From the human T2T-CHM13v2.0 reference genome, Homo sapiens, in assembly GCF_009914755.1 (NCBI RefSeq), contig NC_060946.1: 64,000 bases of DNA, one strand, 5' to 3'. Both the position numbers and the translations under genes were made by a program. Each line of letters opens with the position of its first letter. Position 1 is the stretch's first letter. The notes beneath the pieces were generated by a model. It had not been told where the DNA came from, did not search any database, and worked only from the letters and a program-made list of their open reading frames with translations. Shown here one piece after another: positions 63,721 through 64,000 of this stretch.

Positions 63721-64000
63721 AAGGGGGCTTTTCAAAGGCTGGGCTGGGCTGTTCATTTGGAAAAAAGGTTGGGGATGTTTTCACTTCACCAGGACTTCTG
63801 CCAGTCAGCAGGCTGGTACATTAGGAGCCCAAGTTTTGCCTGGTGCTGGTGGACGGGTCTAGGCCTGAGAAGCCGTAGTCTCCTAGTGCTTGGTGCTGCT
63901 AAGCCCAAAGAACAGAGTGGTTACAGGAAATGGAACATTTAGTCTGGCAGAGGCCAAGGGCAGCAGGTCCCTACTCTGGCTGCCCATGTAGTTAAAAAGT

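Overview
Human (primate) genomic DNA, recognisable as the chr22q11.2 RSPH14-RAB36-BCR interval. It holds the 5' end of RSPH14/RTDR1 on the minus strand (putative non-coding exon 1 plus two coding exons). It also holds the complete 11-exon RAB36 gene on the plus strand (reconstructed CDS 1002 nt = 333 aa, or 267 aa from the exon-2 ATG). After an Alu/L1/LTR-rich intergenic stretch come the BCR CpG-island promoter, exon 1 (1279 coding nt) and the first ~19 kb of BCR intron 1. Small-RNA retrocopies (U7, 7SL, a Y3 fragment), LTRs and nested DNA transposons are present. Most ORFs in the track are Alu-derived or GC-rich noise. The most notable structures are: (i) four independent short inverted duplications (62-290 bp arms, 0.3-1.8 kb apart), one copying the end of BCR exon 1 with an intact splice donor and one bracketing the probable RAB36 poly(A) site; (ii) clusters of RFX X-box-like motifs at both divergent RSPH14 and RAB36 promoters, with the upstream RAB36 ATGs at the centre of the motifs; (iii) an in-frame strong-Kozak uORF and a strong cryptic splice donor just before the BCR start codon; (iv) a stop-free in-frame RAB36 intron. 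I see no evidence of a wholly new gene system. Repeat family names come from recalled consensus sequences, and repeat boundaries are approximate.
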